This document shows, piece after piece, positions 23,939 through 36,057 of a stretch of DNA of 64,000 nucleotides (position 1 is its first letter; each line of letters opens with the position of its first letter). Below the pieces are notes generated by a model. That model was not told the DNA's origin. It did no database searches and saw nothing but the letters and a program-made list of their open reading frames with translations. Source of the DNA: Lophium mytilinum (taxonomy: Eukaryota); the NCBI GenBank assembly GCA_010093605.1, contig MU004181.1:1922001-1986000 (forward strand), read 5' to 3'. Made by a program: the position numbers and the translations under genes.

Positions 23939-26894
23939 TCAGGAGACGCGGGCCCAGCTACGATAGTCTTTCTCGAATTGGCTTGCAAGCTCTTGCAGCA
24001 CTGAACCCATCCTCGGTGTTATGCCCCATACCCACACGTCATCTAGGGCCAGTTAGAACACAAGCGCAAATGCCGGCCACCGGCCGCAACCACCATCGTG
24101 ACTTACCAAGAAGGCTGGCCCACGTCGTCGCGACAGCCGCGGCCAGCGACGAGTCCCCGGAATAGTCACTCTCAACCTCCGCGAGGAGCTCTTTAACCTG
24201 GTCGAGAATCTTGCGCTCCCCTTCATCGGGATCCTGTACAGCCGACGATTTCTCCACCGTGTGGATCCATTTCGTAAGGAACAGTGCTATGGTGGAGGGT
24301 TACTCGACTGTTGCAATCAGAAAACACATGCAAAGGGCCTGCACTCACCACTGTCCCATCCCGCTACAGCGTGCTCGACGCTCCAATTGAACGCGGCCGT
24401 CTTCCTCACCAGCATCAAGCCAATTCTCACCGGCGCAAGTAACCCTTCGAATGCCTTGGCAACGGCCTTGGTATGGTGATGGCTACGCTGCTGCTTGGCA
24501 AAAACGTACACGGTCAAGGCTTGCTTAACCTCCTGTGGATTGTCCGCGAGCAACGCCATACGGTTGAAAGCTGCGGAATCCGTAAAGATTCGGTTGTACG
24601 CAATTCGCAACAGCGCTCTACAGTTGAACATAAGTGGGCCCTCTGTTTCGCTCCATGTGGAACCAGGATCATCGGCATGGCCTTGCGTGAGGGCCCCCTG
24701 GCACCTTGCGAGCGCTGTCGATGCCGCTGACAGCAAGACAGACTGGAGCGACCCGTCCGGGCCGACTTCGGACGCGTCCTGGCTGAATGACTGCGTGAAC
24801 TGCAGCTGGGTCCACATGTGCACGTTTACGGCGTGCATGAGGACAACGGTCGTGAATGCAGAAATACAGAGCGGACTGGAGTTGACGCTGTCTTCCTTTC
24901 TGGCTAAAATGAGCGTCGCCATGGCCTCACGAATGGTTTTGATCGGGCTCGAAACTTGAAAGTCTCTCAGACTAGCCCACTGCTCAGTCGAAGAGGCATT
25001 CCAGAGCTTCTCTTCACATGGCATCTCGATGATGAGGTCGTGGGTTGTCGAAAACCCAGGCGTCACGCCGTACGTTATAGCAATCATGTCGCTCAGGATG
25101 AAGAAGGCGCAAAGAACCCTAGTTTCGTTAGAAAAGAATCGAAAGGCCAAGGGTAAGCCAAATGTGGCTGCTGAGAAGAGCCAACAAGCAGGGCACTAAG
25201 TTCACAACCGGTGTGTCGCGGTAGCTTACCTTTTACTCGATTCCTTACAGGTCCATTCCTCCCAGGTCAAATCCTCATCCCGTCTCGTATCCGCGAGCAG
25301 CGCCGTCCTCCTCGCCGAGTAATCCACCACAAAAAAACCTAGCTTAGAGATCATCGCCTTCGCAATTGCCGGCTTGTCGCCAAACATGCCGAATACAGCT
25401 AACAGGGTGCGGGTCTGCGCAATCCACAGCGGACTTGGAGCTAGCGACGCGCCGAGCATATTTGGAATTGAATTTGCTTCCAGCATCTGCGTGGCAAGCT
25501 GATACAGACTCTTAGACCACTTCCGGTCGAGTCGGTAGAGCGCGCCTATTGCGCAAACAGCGAATGTTAAAGGGCTCGGCGTAGTGTGCAGGTCGAAGGA
25601 GGCGAAGTGGATGATGGGGAGGTGGCGGTGAAAGCAGTTTATGTAGCTTGTCACGAATCTTTGTATGTCCTTGGCACTCGGCAGGGGCGTTTGACTGCAT
25701 TCGTTTGCCTTTAGTCGGCTCTGCACGTCTCTATGCATCTGCTGGTACGCTAAGTCCTCGATTCTTGGATTTGGCAAATGAACGCCGCTATCCCATGATA
25801 TAAGAGGTAGGTTGGCGAATGGATTGCCGGTGTGTTCGTTCGCGAATCCGAGCGGGTGTCCCTGTATATTTGACTTCTTCCTCTCGGCGGCCTTTCCAGC
25901 TACAGACGAGTGCTCGGACCCCGACGCCCTGAGTTGTGGTGGGCGGGGAGTCTGCTGCGGTTGCCCTTGGTGCATCGTCTGCTCATTGTCTGGGCTGAAT
26001 CCGACGTTAGTCATGAAGGCTAAGTCTTGGAAGACGTTGAAGTCTGATCCAGTGCCCAGGTCCATGTTAGCCCACTCGTCAAACGGCTGCGGCGGGCTGA
26101 CGTCCTGCTGCTCGATCATGTCTCCGGGTTGCTGGTGCTGCTGCTGCAACGGAGATAGCAAGGCCTCTTGGTCGGGCATATTGACAGGAATCACGGGCTG
26201 GAAGTGGGATGAGTTTTCTGCCGTGAAACTGGTGGGCGGCGCATGTTGAAACGAGTCAAGATCCATATCTGGAGCCCCATCGATGCAGAAGTCCAATTCG
26301 GAGCCGAGATGGAAGTAGTCATCCACCCGTCGGGTCTGCGTAGGCGAGAACGTGCCTCCTGATGCTTGCGAAGAGCGCGAAGCGAGGTCGTTTGCTGGCT
26401 CTATGGCTGCACCTGATGGACTTGCCTGAGGGGCATCCTCGGGCGGTTGGTTCGCGAGCGCAGCCGGACGGCCGACATTGATGGTGTCGCTGGTGTCGAG
26501 CTGCCGTCGTTGCCCAGCGGGGGGAGCGGCGGCGGTGTCAACCGGATGGATGGACCTTTCGTGCCTCTGGACTAGGTCTCTGCCGACGGCGTGGTCAGTC
26601 TTTGCGCTTTAATAGCGGAGGGCCGAGGGGAGACTTGCTTGCGGGCGTAGCGACGTGTGCAGAAGCGGCAGGCAAACGGCTTCTCTTGAGTGTCTGCAAC
26701 ACCGGTGAGGCCAGGCCGGCGGCGGCGGAGAGGCGAGCGCGAGGTGTAAACTTACGAACGCGTTCGTGGCGGGCACAGTGCTCGCTCCGCTTGAACTCGC
26801 GGTGGCAGCTCCGGCACTTGTGGATTCTTCTTGGCCGACCCGTCTTAGTAGTGGAGGTGTCTGGCGGTGGAACCTGCAGGTCGGTGAGAGACAT
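23939..26894 (-). CDS. C2H2 zinc-finger transcription factor (Adr1/AmdX-type) with fungal-specific TF domain, copy B
   Basis: Fingers HKCRSCHREFKRSEHCARH and CRFCTRRYARK|DLVQRH. Also YINCFHRHLPIIH, AVCAIGALYRLDR, WSVEHAVAGW and VWVWGITPRMG, ending at TGA 23939-23941. Collinear with copy A. Confidence 0.85.
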
Positions 26895-27496
26895 TGGGCG
26901 TGTCCACGATGGGGGAGGGGAGTGGTGGAGGCGGGGATGGGTGCGGAGGGGATCGTGTCGGGGGTGGATGCGAAGCTGAGCAGTATGGTTGCCAAGCCGG
27001 CATGTTCGAGCTGCTCGGTCTGCCGAGCGTGAAGGCCAGGGGAGCAGCCGATCAAGCGGGGAAGGGGCCTGGGCGGTCTGTGCTGAGGCTAATTTTGACC
27101 ATCCTTCTCGACATTTTGCACACAGAACTCGCATGCACCGAAAGCTTCTACAGAGCTATATTCTAGCTACACGATTGCACTTTGGCCTTATCGTAGTCAT
27201 CAGGAATACTGCCATTGCGTTCTTGACAGGCTCAAAGGCAGTCTTACTATCTCCCAATAGTCTGAACCACGCTCAAGTTCCAGGACAATATCATCGGTGC
27301 TTTCAGACACAAATATCGTGCTAGAACGGACTCTTCGTGCATGACTCAAGCATTCCTAGACGGAAAATCAACATTGACACTGCGAGTGCTCGCCTTGCAT
27401 TATCTAGCTAATCTTCTGCGTATTTAGTAAGCCTTATACACCATGTTCATGGGCACGCGTCCCTCACTGCGCTATCACGTGGCTGTCAGGTACTTA

Positions 27497-27528
27497 CCCC
27501 ACACCCCGCATTCCCGGTCATACCCCAC
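27497..27528 (+). promoter_or_regulatory. triple CCCCRC box in the divergent TF-B/MFS promoter
   Basis: CCCCAC at 27497, CCCCGC at 27504 and CCCCAC at 27523. Confidence 0.5.
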
Positions 27529-27781
27529 ATTACCGCCCTGGGTTTAGCGTCAATTCCCCATACTATCGTCGGCCAATGGCAGGTCAACGTCAGCGAGGGT
27601 CTGGACCTACAATGCATCTCGATTGAAGCCACAATTGTGCCAACTTGTAAATAAAAAGGATGTCAGGGTAGCTAGAAGATGTTCAAATCAATCGTGCAAA
27701 CGGCCAGCCTCTCTTAGAACAGCACGCTCTTCTTCAGTCTACTCTTGTACTTTACGTTCTAGCTCAGATTCGTTTACCACC

Positions 27782-29452
27782 ATGGGCTTTGGAATCCTCG
27801 AGGACAAATCAGACCTCGCTCATGTTCCGGGCACTGTTCTCCTCGCCGAGAAGATATCACAACCTGGTGACGTTCTCGCACAACTCAAGCATGGCAGTGG
27901 AGCAGATGCTCAGATCGTACTCGTCCCACAGCCTAGTGAGGACCCCAACGACCCCCTGAATTGGCCATACTGGAAGAAACTGTCCATTGTTGCCATTCTT
28001 GTGTACGGCTCTTGCCTATGCGCCGCAACAGTCGGCCCTTTGCTGAACGCAAGCATCGCTGTGCTCGCCATGGATTTCAAGACATCTTTCAAGGACATCA
28101 CTCTCATGTCTGGCTATCAACTCCTGGCTGCTGGCTGCTCCGGCCCGATTGTGTCTGCTCTGGCGAGGAAATATGGAAAACGTCCAGTATTCTTAGCTTC
28201 TTCCCTCTTCGCAGTAATAGGGTCAATTATGGGCTCGGCATCCCATTCTTACAATACTCTACTTGCGGCTCGCATCGTCCAGGGGTTCTCTATTTCCGCA
28301 TACGAGTCCATCATATTCTCAGTTATTCCGGACCTCTTCTTCCTCCACCAACGTGGACTGTTCACGGCCATCGTGAGCTTTACGCTAAGCGCTGTCTCCA
28401 ATTTGAGCAGCGTTGTCGCAGGGGCTGTCACGAACAATCTCGGATGGCATTACCTGTTCCACCTCCTCATAGTTACCGTGGGCCTACAGCTCATCCTGCT
28501 ATATCTGTTCGTGCCAGAGACGACTTATCATCGCGACCGTCTTTACGAAGTTGACCTAGCCTCGACCGACAACCTCCAAGAACTGGCAGAAGCTGAGGCT
28601 CGGCACGACCCAAGAACACAGAAAGCTATCCAGGACCTCAAGATCGAGAAGACCGTTACAAACACCAGCTCAGTACCTCCGCCCAAGAAGACTTTCATCC
28701 AAGAACTTGCAATATTCACGGGCACCCACAGCGACGAAAGCCTCATCCAGCTCGTCTTCGCTCCGGTATTGTGCTGTCTCAATCTGGGAGTTCTGTGGGT
28801 GGTCGTCGTCAGTGGCACCGTGACGTCCTTTTACGTCGGCATGGCCTATGTCGCCGCCCAGATTTTCTCTTTCCCTCCATACAACCTTACCGCAGCCGGC
28901 GTGGGCTACTTGTCCCTTGGACCATTTCTTGGCGGTGCACTCGCCTCCATCGTGTTAGGTCTAACCAACGACCCTCTGATTATCTGGTTCACAAAACGCA
29001 ACAAAGGCATCTTCGAGCCTGAAATACGTCTTTTACCAATCATTTTCAGCTCCGTCGGTGGTGTTGGCCTTATTCTATACGGTGTGCTCGCTCAAAGAGG
29101 AGACAACCTTTACCTAGTGGACTTCATGTGGGGCCTTATGCTCTTCGGAGCCGTCTTCATCTTCACGTCGGCCTCGGCGTACGCTATCGATGCGTACCGG
29201 GACATGAGCAGCGAGCTGTTCATTGCCAGCATGATGTTGAAAAACTTCCTATTTTACGCTTACAGTTACTTCATGAACGACTGGGCCGCTTCTGCTGGAC
29301 CAGCCCAAGTGTTTGAAGTTTTTGGCGGCGTGTACTTTGCACTGGCGCTGACTACCATTCCTCTTTATATCTTTGGAAAGCGATATCGAAGCTTCTGGCA
29401 TCGTCATAACCTTTTGGAGATGCTTCATGTTCGCACTCACTCTGCGTTTTAG
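27782..29452 (+). CDS. MFS transporter (Hol1-like / DHA1-related)
   Basis: MGFGILED..., PQPSEDPNDPLNWP, KYGKRPV, PETTY and EPEIRL. About 12 hydrophobic segments, intronless. Confidence 0.92.
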   Translation: MGFGILEDKSDLAHVPGTVLLAEKISQPGDVLAQLKHGSGADAQIVLVPQPSEDPNDPLNWPYWKKLSIVAILVYGSCLCAATVGPLLNASIAVLAMDFKTSFKDITLMSGYQLLAAGCSGPIVSALARKYGKRPVFLASSLFAVIGSIMGSASHSYNTLLAARIVQGFSISAYESIIFSVIPDLFFLHQRGLFTAIVSFTLSAVSNLSSVVAGAVTNNLGWHYLFHLLIVTVGLQLILLYLFVPETTYHRDRLYEVDLASTDNLQELAEAEARHDPRTQKAIQDLKIEKTVTNTSSVPPPKKTFIQELAIFTGTHSDESLIQLVFAPVLCCLNLGVLWVVVVSGTVTSFYVGMAYVAAQIFSFPPYNLTAAGVGYLSLGPFLGGALASIVLGLTNDPLIIWFTKRNKGIFEPEIRLLPIIFSSVGGVGLILYGVLAQRGDNLYLVDFMWGLMLFGAVFIFTSASAYAIDAYRDMSSELFIASMMLKNFLFYAYSYFMNDWAASAGPAQVFEVFGGVYFALALTTIPLYIFGKRYRSFWHRHNLLEMLHVRTHSAF

Positions 29453-30021
29453 TATAATAGGAAGTTAGCTTTATTGGGCCGAGTTAAGGAGCGTTGGCGA
29501 AATTACATTCACTAATAAACACCCTCAACTTCTCATGACTCCTACCATCCCTCGGCCTATCAAGGTCTTAGTGCAATCGTGCTATTGCTGATGTTCCCCT
29601 TTCACTTTTCATCTAGGGGCGCACATAGGGATCAATGCCGACCACTCTCCTGCATGTTTCCCAGAGCGGAGGCTGGTTCGGCGTAGGGGCGCATATTCAA
29701 TTAACAGCTGGATATCTTATTCTGTAGATGCAATTGGGATTTCCCTCGGGGTACCACTCGTTCGTGTAGATCTGACAGGTCTCCAAGAGCCTTATTACCG
29801 ATAGTTCCTGTATTTAGAAAGGGATGCTCCTATATCTAATCCACCATGATCTCTTCATCACCTTCTACGAGCTGTCAGTGTAGTAGTACTCAATCTGAAT
29901 CACGATACTCTAGGGAGAAGTGGAAGTGAGCAATGACCTTCATTGATGAGCTATAAAGTCCCATTCAAGAAAACGTGCGTTGAGATTGAGCTAAGTAGGC
30001 AAGAAAAAAACCCCTTGCTAA

Positions 30022-31552
30022 TCAATGCTTCGAGTTCCCATTCAGAGTAGTGCTCTTCAAATTAGCCATAATCTTCTCAACTTCCTCCTTGTGCCCCGAA
30101 AAATTATCCACCAGACTGTCCCACATTTTCGGCTCATGCTCATGCTTCTTCTTGCTATTCCATGCGTACTCCGTGATGGTGAATGGCCTGCTACTCTCAA
30201 ACATGAAAGCGATGGAACCCTTGGAGATTTGCATGACTGGAGGGTCGGCCTTCGAAGCCTCGGCGAACTCTTCATACGCAACACCATGAGGTACCATGCC
30301 GCACTCGAACGAAACGCTGCCTGGCTGGAACTCATCAGATCGGCCGCCGTAATCTCCATATATGAGGCCCATGAGCTCAGACGCCGCGTTGCGATGATAG
30401 TAAGGCGGCCGATACGTGTGAGACGCAACGTCCCAGCGCGGTGAGAAGATCAAAATGTCTGCCAGCGGAGCCGTCGGATCGCGCGACCTCGCGGTCAGGA
30501 CACAGAAGATGGACGGGTCGATGTGGTCTACTGAGATGGATCCCACATTGACGAACTTGGTGAGATCGTACTTGAATGGCACGTAGTTGCCGTGCCACGC
30601 AACGACGTCGAATGGGCAGTGCCGCTGGGTGCTCTTAAAGAACTTGCCGCCAAGCTTGTAGATAATCTCCCATGGATCGTCTTGCGTGACTTCGTAGGCC
30701 GCCTTGGGGTGGAGGAAGTCGCGAGCGTTTGCGAGCCCGTTGGCTCCAAGAGGACCTAGCTCGGGAAGTTCGAAGTTTGAACCCCAGATCTCGAGAATGT
30801 ATCCTCGGGTAGGGCCATCGACCTTGACTTTGAAGCGTTGGCCTCGTTGGATGATGCAGATCTCGCCGGGTTGAACGTAAAGATGTCCATACTCGGTTTG
30901 GATATCTAGCGCACCCTGTTGTGGCACAATGCAGAAGTCTCCGTCTGAGTTTACAAAGGCTCGCTTCTCCATGCTTTGATTGCACAGATAGACGTGTGTA
31001 GCTAGACCTTCCCTCAACATGGGATCGCCGGCGCCTGCGATCGTTTTCAGCCCGGAAACGAAATCGACCTTGTCGCTGCTCTCCGGAAGATCGAAAGGCA
31101 GCCAGGCCAGCTGAGTCGGAGAGACGCGAACCCGAGGATTTATAGGGAGGAAGTTTGATTCCGTATCATTATTATCAGGCATGTCGGTCTACGGCCATAG
31201 TTAGATCTAAATATATGAATGGGTACGAGAAAGTACTCACAAAGCCTTGATGAGCAACCGCAGGCCGTGCGCGATACAACCATGCCTTCTTGTTCAAATG
31301 CCTCGGAGCAATAAAAGAAGAAGCAGTCAGTTGCTCGGCGTATAATCCAAAGCGAACGCATCTGGGGCTATTTTGACCCTGTGGAATGGTACCGGGGATA
31401 GCTTCAGACTCAAAGGAATTGCCTAAGCCGGCCATGTACTCGTATGGATCATTCTTCCGAGTAGCGAACGACGGGACGGCGCCATTCTTCTGCGTCTCGG
31501 CCCAGTGGAAAATATCCTGATACTCCTTGGAGTTTGACAGTTCGGCAGGCAT
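30022..31552 (-). CDS. hmgA: homogentisate 1,2-dioxygenase family protein (divergent paralog)
   Basis: SEAIPGTIPQGQNSP, GLYAEQL, WLYRARP, PELGPLGANGLANARDF, DVVAWHGNY, DHIDPSIF, and the iron-ligand motifs RPPYYHRN.ASE and PHG. One intron at ~31180-31240. Confidence 0.93.
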
Positions 31553-32713
31553 GGTGGATTTGATGTAATGCTTACACGAAACGAGAAGAAATGGTATTGG
31601 GTGACTGGTTTGTATCGATTGGCTCAGTATTTAGATGTGTTGTATATGAATCTATGATGAATGTGGGGATGGTGGGGTAGTTAAGGGGGCTACTAAAGTG
31701 GTCCGATGGGGCGATGGAGGGGCACCGAAATGGGCTGATGGAACATCCCGTGCCGTTTTTGACTCTGGCAACCGAAATAATGAGACGAACGAAAAGGTCC
31801 TTTAGGCAGATGTCTACAATGTAAACTTTTAAAGATCAAGATCTACATTTTTACTAAAGCTAGTACAGGCCTCTATATCTTCGGTATCTCGCGAGTACAT
31901 ACATTGAACTCCCCGGTATGTCTCGCTAGAATAGCGGACAATTGAGTAACCCGACGGTTTCCCCATTGGGGTATCTCGTATTGAACGCTGGAAGTAGGAC
32001 CTGTGGCTTCGTTTAAACCATGATCGTAATGCGAACTTTTGCTAGAACATCCCGGAAAGGACGATCTTGATGTTTCTATCTACGTGTCACCCCTCCTCTG
32101 CCGTCAGGAGACTTGAGACTGTGAAGTATCGATACGGTACGGATATGATCGAGGAGCTAGACTGCTTAGAGCATAGATTGAGGCATGGAAGTATCTCAGA
32201 ACTCCCTGGCAGCCAACAAGCTTTAGAGAATACCAGTGGGCCAAAATTCGGAAAATTGCTGCATTGGTTGACATCAACGTAGTCAAAAGTAGCGATGATG
32301 ATCGGTATTCGATATGTCTATTATTGCTACTCATATAGAGTGCAAGATTTAATATCTATGATCTTAAGCCATATAGAATGTCACATATCGGCTACATCAT
32401 TGCACTTTGCTGGCTCGGCTTGCATAGAACAACATACTTTGGTGAGTCGGCAAGGGGGCAGATCAACCAGGAGACTGCGCTCACTCATTGTGAGTATTTT
32501 GCTTGCGAATGTCGATACATGCGCCAGCACCAGCTCAAAGCAGGATAGTGAGATTGAAAGTATGCATGAGGCGAAGTAGAAAGTAGTGATCGAGCCTATT
32601 GGACGCAAAGCTTAGTAGAAGCAGGGCTAGGCTACCACAGAGAAGTTTCTATGTAGATGTTCTTTGAGTGCGACCAACGCGTTCAATTACTATGTGAACC
32701 ATTTGCGTAGAAT

Positions 32714-33848
32714 TTACAGATCTGCTCTAGCATTGTCTCCAGCCCAAGCCCTTCGAATAAGTTCTTGGATCGACGCCTTCTCCAGCGGTCTCGGGTTAGG
32801 GTATGGCTTTGATAGTGCAATCTCAGCCGCCTTGGCGACATCTTCTTCCTTTAGACCAAAATCTTTCAGTGCCCTTTTTACTCCTAGTCGTTCTAGTAAC
32901 AGATTTAATCCCTTAATTGCATCTCCGTCGCTATCCGGCAGCACTTCTGCAAGCTTCCGCATGGCTTCCGGAATTGCGGGAGCATTGTACGCTAGGGCAT
33001 GGGGCAGAACGATCGTATGTGTCTCGGCGTGAGGGAGATTGAAAGAACCTCCGAGAGTGTGGCAGAGTTTGTGGTGAAGTGCCATGTCGACACTACCAAG
33101 GCAAAATCCGCAAAGCCACGCGCCGTATAGAGCATCTTTCCGGGCATCGATGTCACTTGGCAGTGAAACTAGGGCCGGAAGTGAGCGGGCAAGAGACCGT
33201 ATACCTTCAAGCGCGAGGACGCTGACGATTGGATTCTTATTGGCTGCATAGAGAGCCTCCACTGTCAAGAAGAGTTGCTTATCAGTATGGTCATGGTGAC
33301 TTTCGTGTCTGGAGAGGCTGACCTGAGTGCGCAATTGCATTCACTCCACTTGTCGCACTCATCATGGCGGGCAATGTGAGTGTGAGGTCGATGTCATAGA
33401 TGACTGTTGTAGGAAGAATCGCTAAATCTCTGCGCGTTGTCTTGAGCCCGTCCACCGTCTCACCCAGTATCGGCGTCATCTCGCTCCCAGCATAGGTGGT
33501 CGGAATGCAGATATGCGGCTTGCCGGTTCGTACGCTGAGTGCCTTGCCGAGCCCAATAGTGCTGCCACCGCCGAGCGAAACGAAGCTATCGACACCGAAC
33601 GCGTTCACCACGCCTAGTGCTTTCTCGGTGATGTGGATGGGCGTGTGCATAGTCGCTTCGGAGAAGACATGGTCGGCGGCCGCTCCAAGAGACTTGGCCA
33701 GCTCTAGAATGGAACCTTGTTGCTCTGGTGTGGAGAGAAAGAGTGGCGTATGCACTTTCAGCCGTGCGAGCTCTGCGGCCAGGGTCGACAGTGTGCCTGA
33801 GCCAAATATGACTCGGCTGGGATTTCCGTTGTATTCAAAGCTAGCCAT
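32714..33848 (-). CDS. maleylacetate reductase (iron-containing alcohol dehydrogenase family)
   Basis: RVIFGSG, ATMHTP, GGGSTIGLGKA, IPTTYAGSEMTPILGET, SGVNAIAH and MALHHKLCHTLGGSFNLPHAETHTIVLPHA. One intron. Confidence 0.93.
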
Positions 33849-34279
33849 AATTCAACAAAATGTTTGGTGAGCGTTGCAAATCCAGATATCTCGGGCATAT
33901 CTTCAGATAATGGATATGCAGGGCAGCGTGGGGTCAGGCCCGCAGCAGGTCTGTTTGATAGTTAAAAACATTCCTTAAAACAAGACACTTACAGTACAGC
34001 AGACGAGCGGAAAGAACAGGAGTCAGCCTAGACTGGATTAGAATGCCTGTTCGTACCCCACCTGGCCCTTGATAGCTCCCCTTGCACGTTTGGTTTTGTC
34101 TCCTCCGCTTTTTTGATCTCTTCGCCCCGTGGGGCGTGCTGCTCTGAACACGAAAATCTACCCCACTTCCGCGGGGAACACCGTTTGGGGAACACAGTCA
34201 AGAGTTATGGACAATGCATCTACAGACCGCGGAGGGCTCGCAGAACCTCTAGACAACGTCTCTATAGTCTCTCTTCGCA

Positions 34280-36057
34280 ATGTCTGTCACACTGAATCAT
34301 GCCTCTCTCGGTGCCCGCCTGGAAGGACTCGAGGTTGGGAAGCTCTGGCAGTTCAGAGGCATCCAGTATGGAACAATACCCGCCAGATTTGCGCGAGCAT
34401 GCCCGAAGAAGCTTGAGGGTAGAGTGGACTGTACTCGTTACGGGTATTGCTTCTCAGACTGGTGGTCAACACAAATGTTTTCGCTGACTTGAGTAGGCCT
34501 CGTTGTCCGCAACTGAACTTCGATGTGCGACACCTTCTCCGTATCCCTCAAGATATCGAGCTGCCCGCTGAGCCAGAAGACGAATTTCAATGCCTAAACC
34601 TAGACGTGACGATGCCGCCTCTCAAGCCAGGGCCCAGGCCTCAGTTGCTGCCTGTTTTATTGTGGATTCATGGTATGCTTTGCTGTGTTTCGAGTAAGAG
34701 CAGTGCTTACCTAATTCTGTTCTAGGTGGTTCCCAGATTGCGACATTCGGGAGTTCGGCTTCAGGATTATGTGGTCAGTTTCTTTGCTTCGTATTCCGTC
34801 CCCATCTCTACTAGACAACTTTAACGCAAACCCTGTACCACAGATATGACCAGAATTGTGTCTGACTCGGTAGATCTTGGGTACCCGTTCATAGCGGTGG
34901 GTATTCAATATCGGCTGAACATGTTCGCTTTTGGGAACGGCAAAGGAGAGAAGAATCTAGCTCTCAAAGACCAGAGGCTAGCGATCGATTGGGTTGTGGA
35001 ACATATTGGAGGATTTGGCGGCGATCCAGTATGAGTTCCCAGCACTCTAAAGTTATACAAAGTCAGTGTTTGTGTCTAACCTAAGCTAGGCAAACATAAC
35101 TCTTGCTGGCGAGAGCGCGGGCGCGGTCTTCTGCCATGCACATGTCGTAGCTCAAGCTCCGATACACCAAGCGATACTTTCTTCGGGAACACTATATCTA
35201 TCGCCACCATTACCAGTCCAGAATGGCACTGCTCTCATAAACAATGTGGCTAGGGAGCTCGAGAAACTGGGCCACAAAGATATGGAAACTGCTCCACCGC
35301 ATATTCTTCTCAAAGCGCAGGCCAATCTCGGCATTAAATCTGTATGGATTCAAATGGAACCTGCCTTTGAGGACTGGGAAAATAAAACGGGAAATACTAC
35401 GCAGTTACTCATTGGAGATGTCGAGTTTGAGGTACGCTTCTACTACAGCTTTTCAATGCGGAAGGAGACTAACATAGTCAGAGTATCATATGGAGGAATG
35501 GAATCGAGATGCTAGAGCCCGATTACATTGCAAAATGCTTCGACAACCTCGGGGACGACAGTGCGGCTGTGAAGCGTTTGTACGGCATCTTGCCCGACCG
35601 AAGTACATCTTGCAAAATCGGAGCTCTTGACTTGATTACCGACCAGAGGTTCGCGCTACCGGTGGAGAAGGTTCAACGGCTATGGTTGAACTCTGGAAAG
35701 CCTGCCTACCGGTACTTACTGGATCAGCCAAATCCCTGGCAATCGTCGAATCGTTCTCATCATGCTGTGGATTTGGTATTTCTTTTCGGCGTATTCGACA
35801 CTTCAAATCCAGCAGCAGAAGCTGTTGGAAAGGCGATGCGGACGAAATGGATAGAGTTCATAAATGGGAGGGCCCCGTGGGATTCTTCTCGTGCTTTCGC
35901 GTTTGGGCCGTATGGAGAGGCGCAAAGTATCGATCAATCTGTGGTAGACATGCGGAGACGACGAGCTCATCTAGACCTCGTGAGCAAAGTAGGTTGGTCA
36001 AAGTTTAACGCGGCAGTTGTGCCACTGATTATGGGCCGTGTCAGCCTACTCAATTAA
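34280..36057 (+). CDS. type-B carboxylesterase, copy B, no signal peptide
   Basis: QFRGIQYG, EDEFQCLNL, LWIHG, QYRLN, LKDQRLAIDWV..HIGGFGGDP, LAGESAGA and the His motif SHHAVDL. Multiple introns. Confidence 0.9.
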
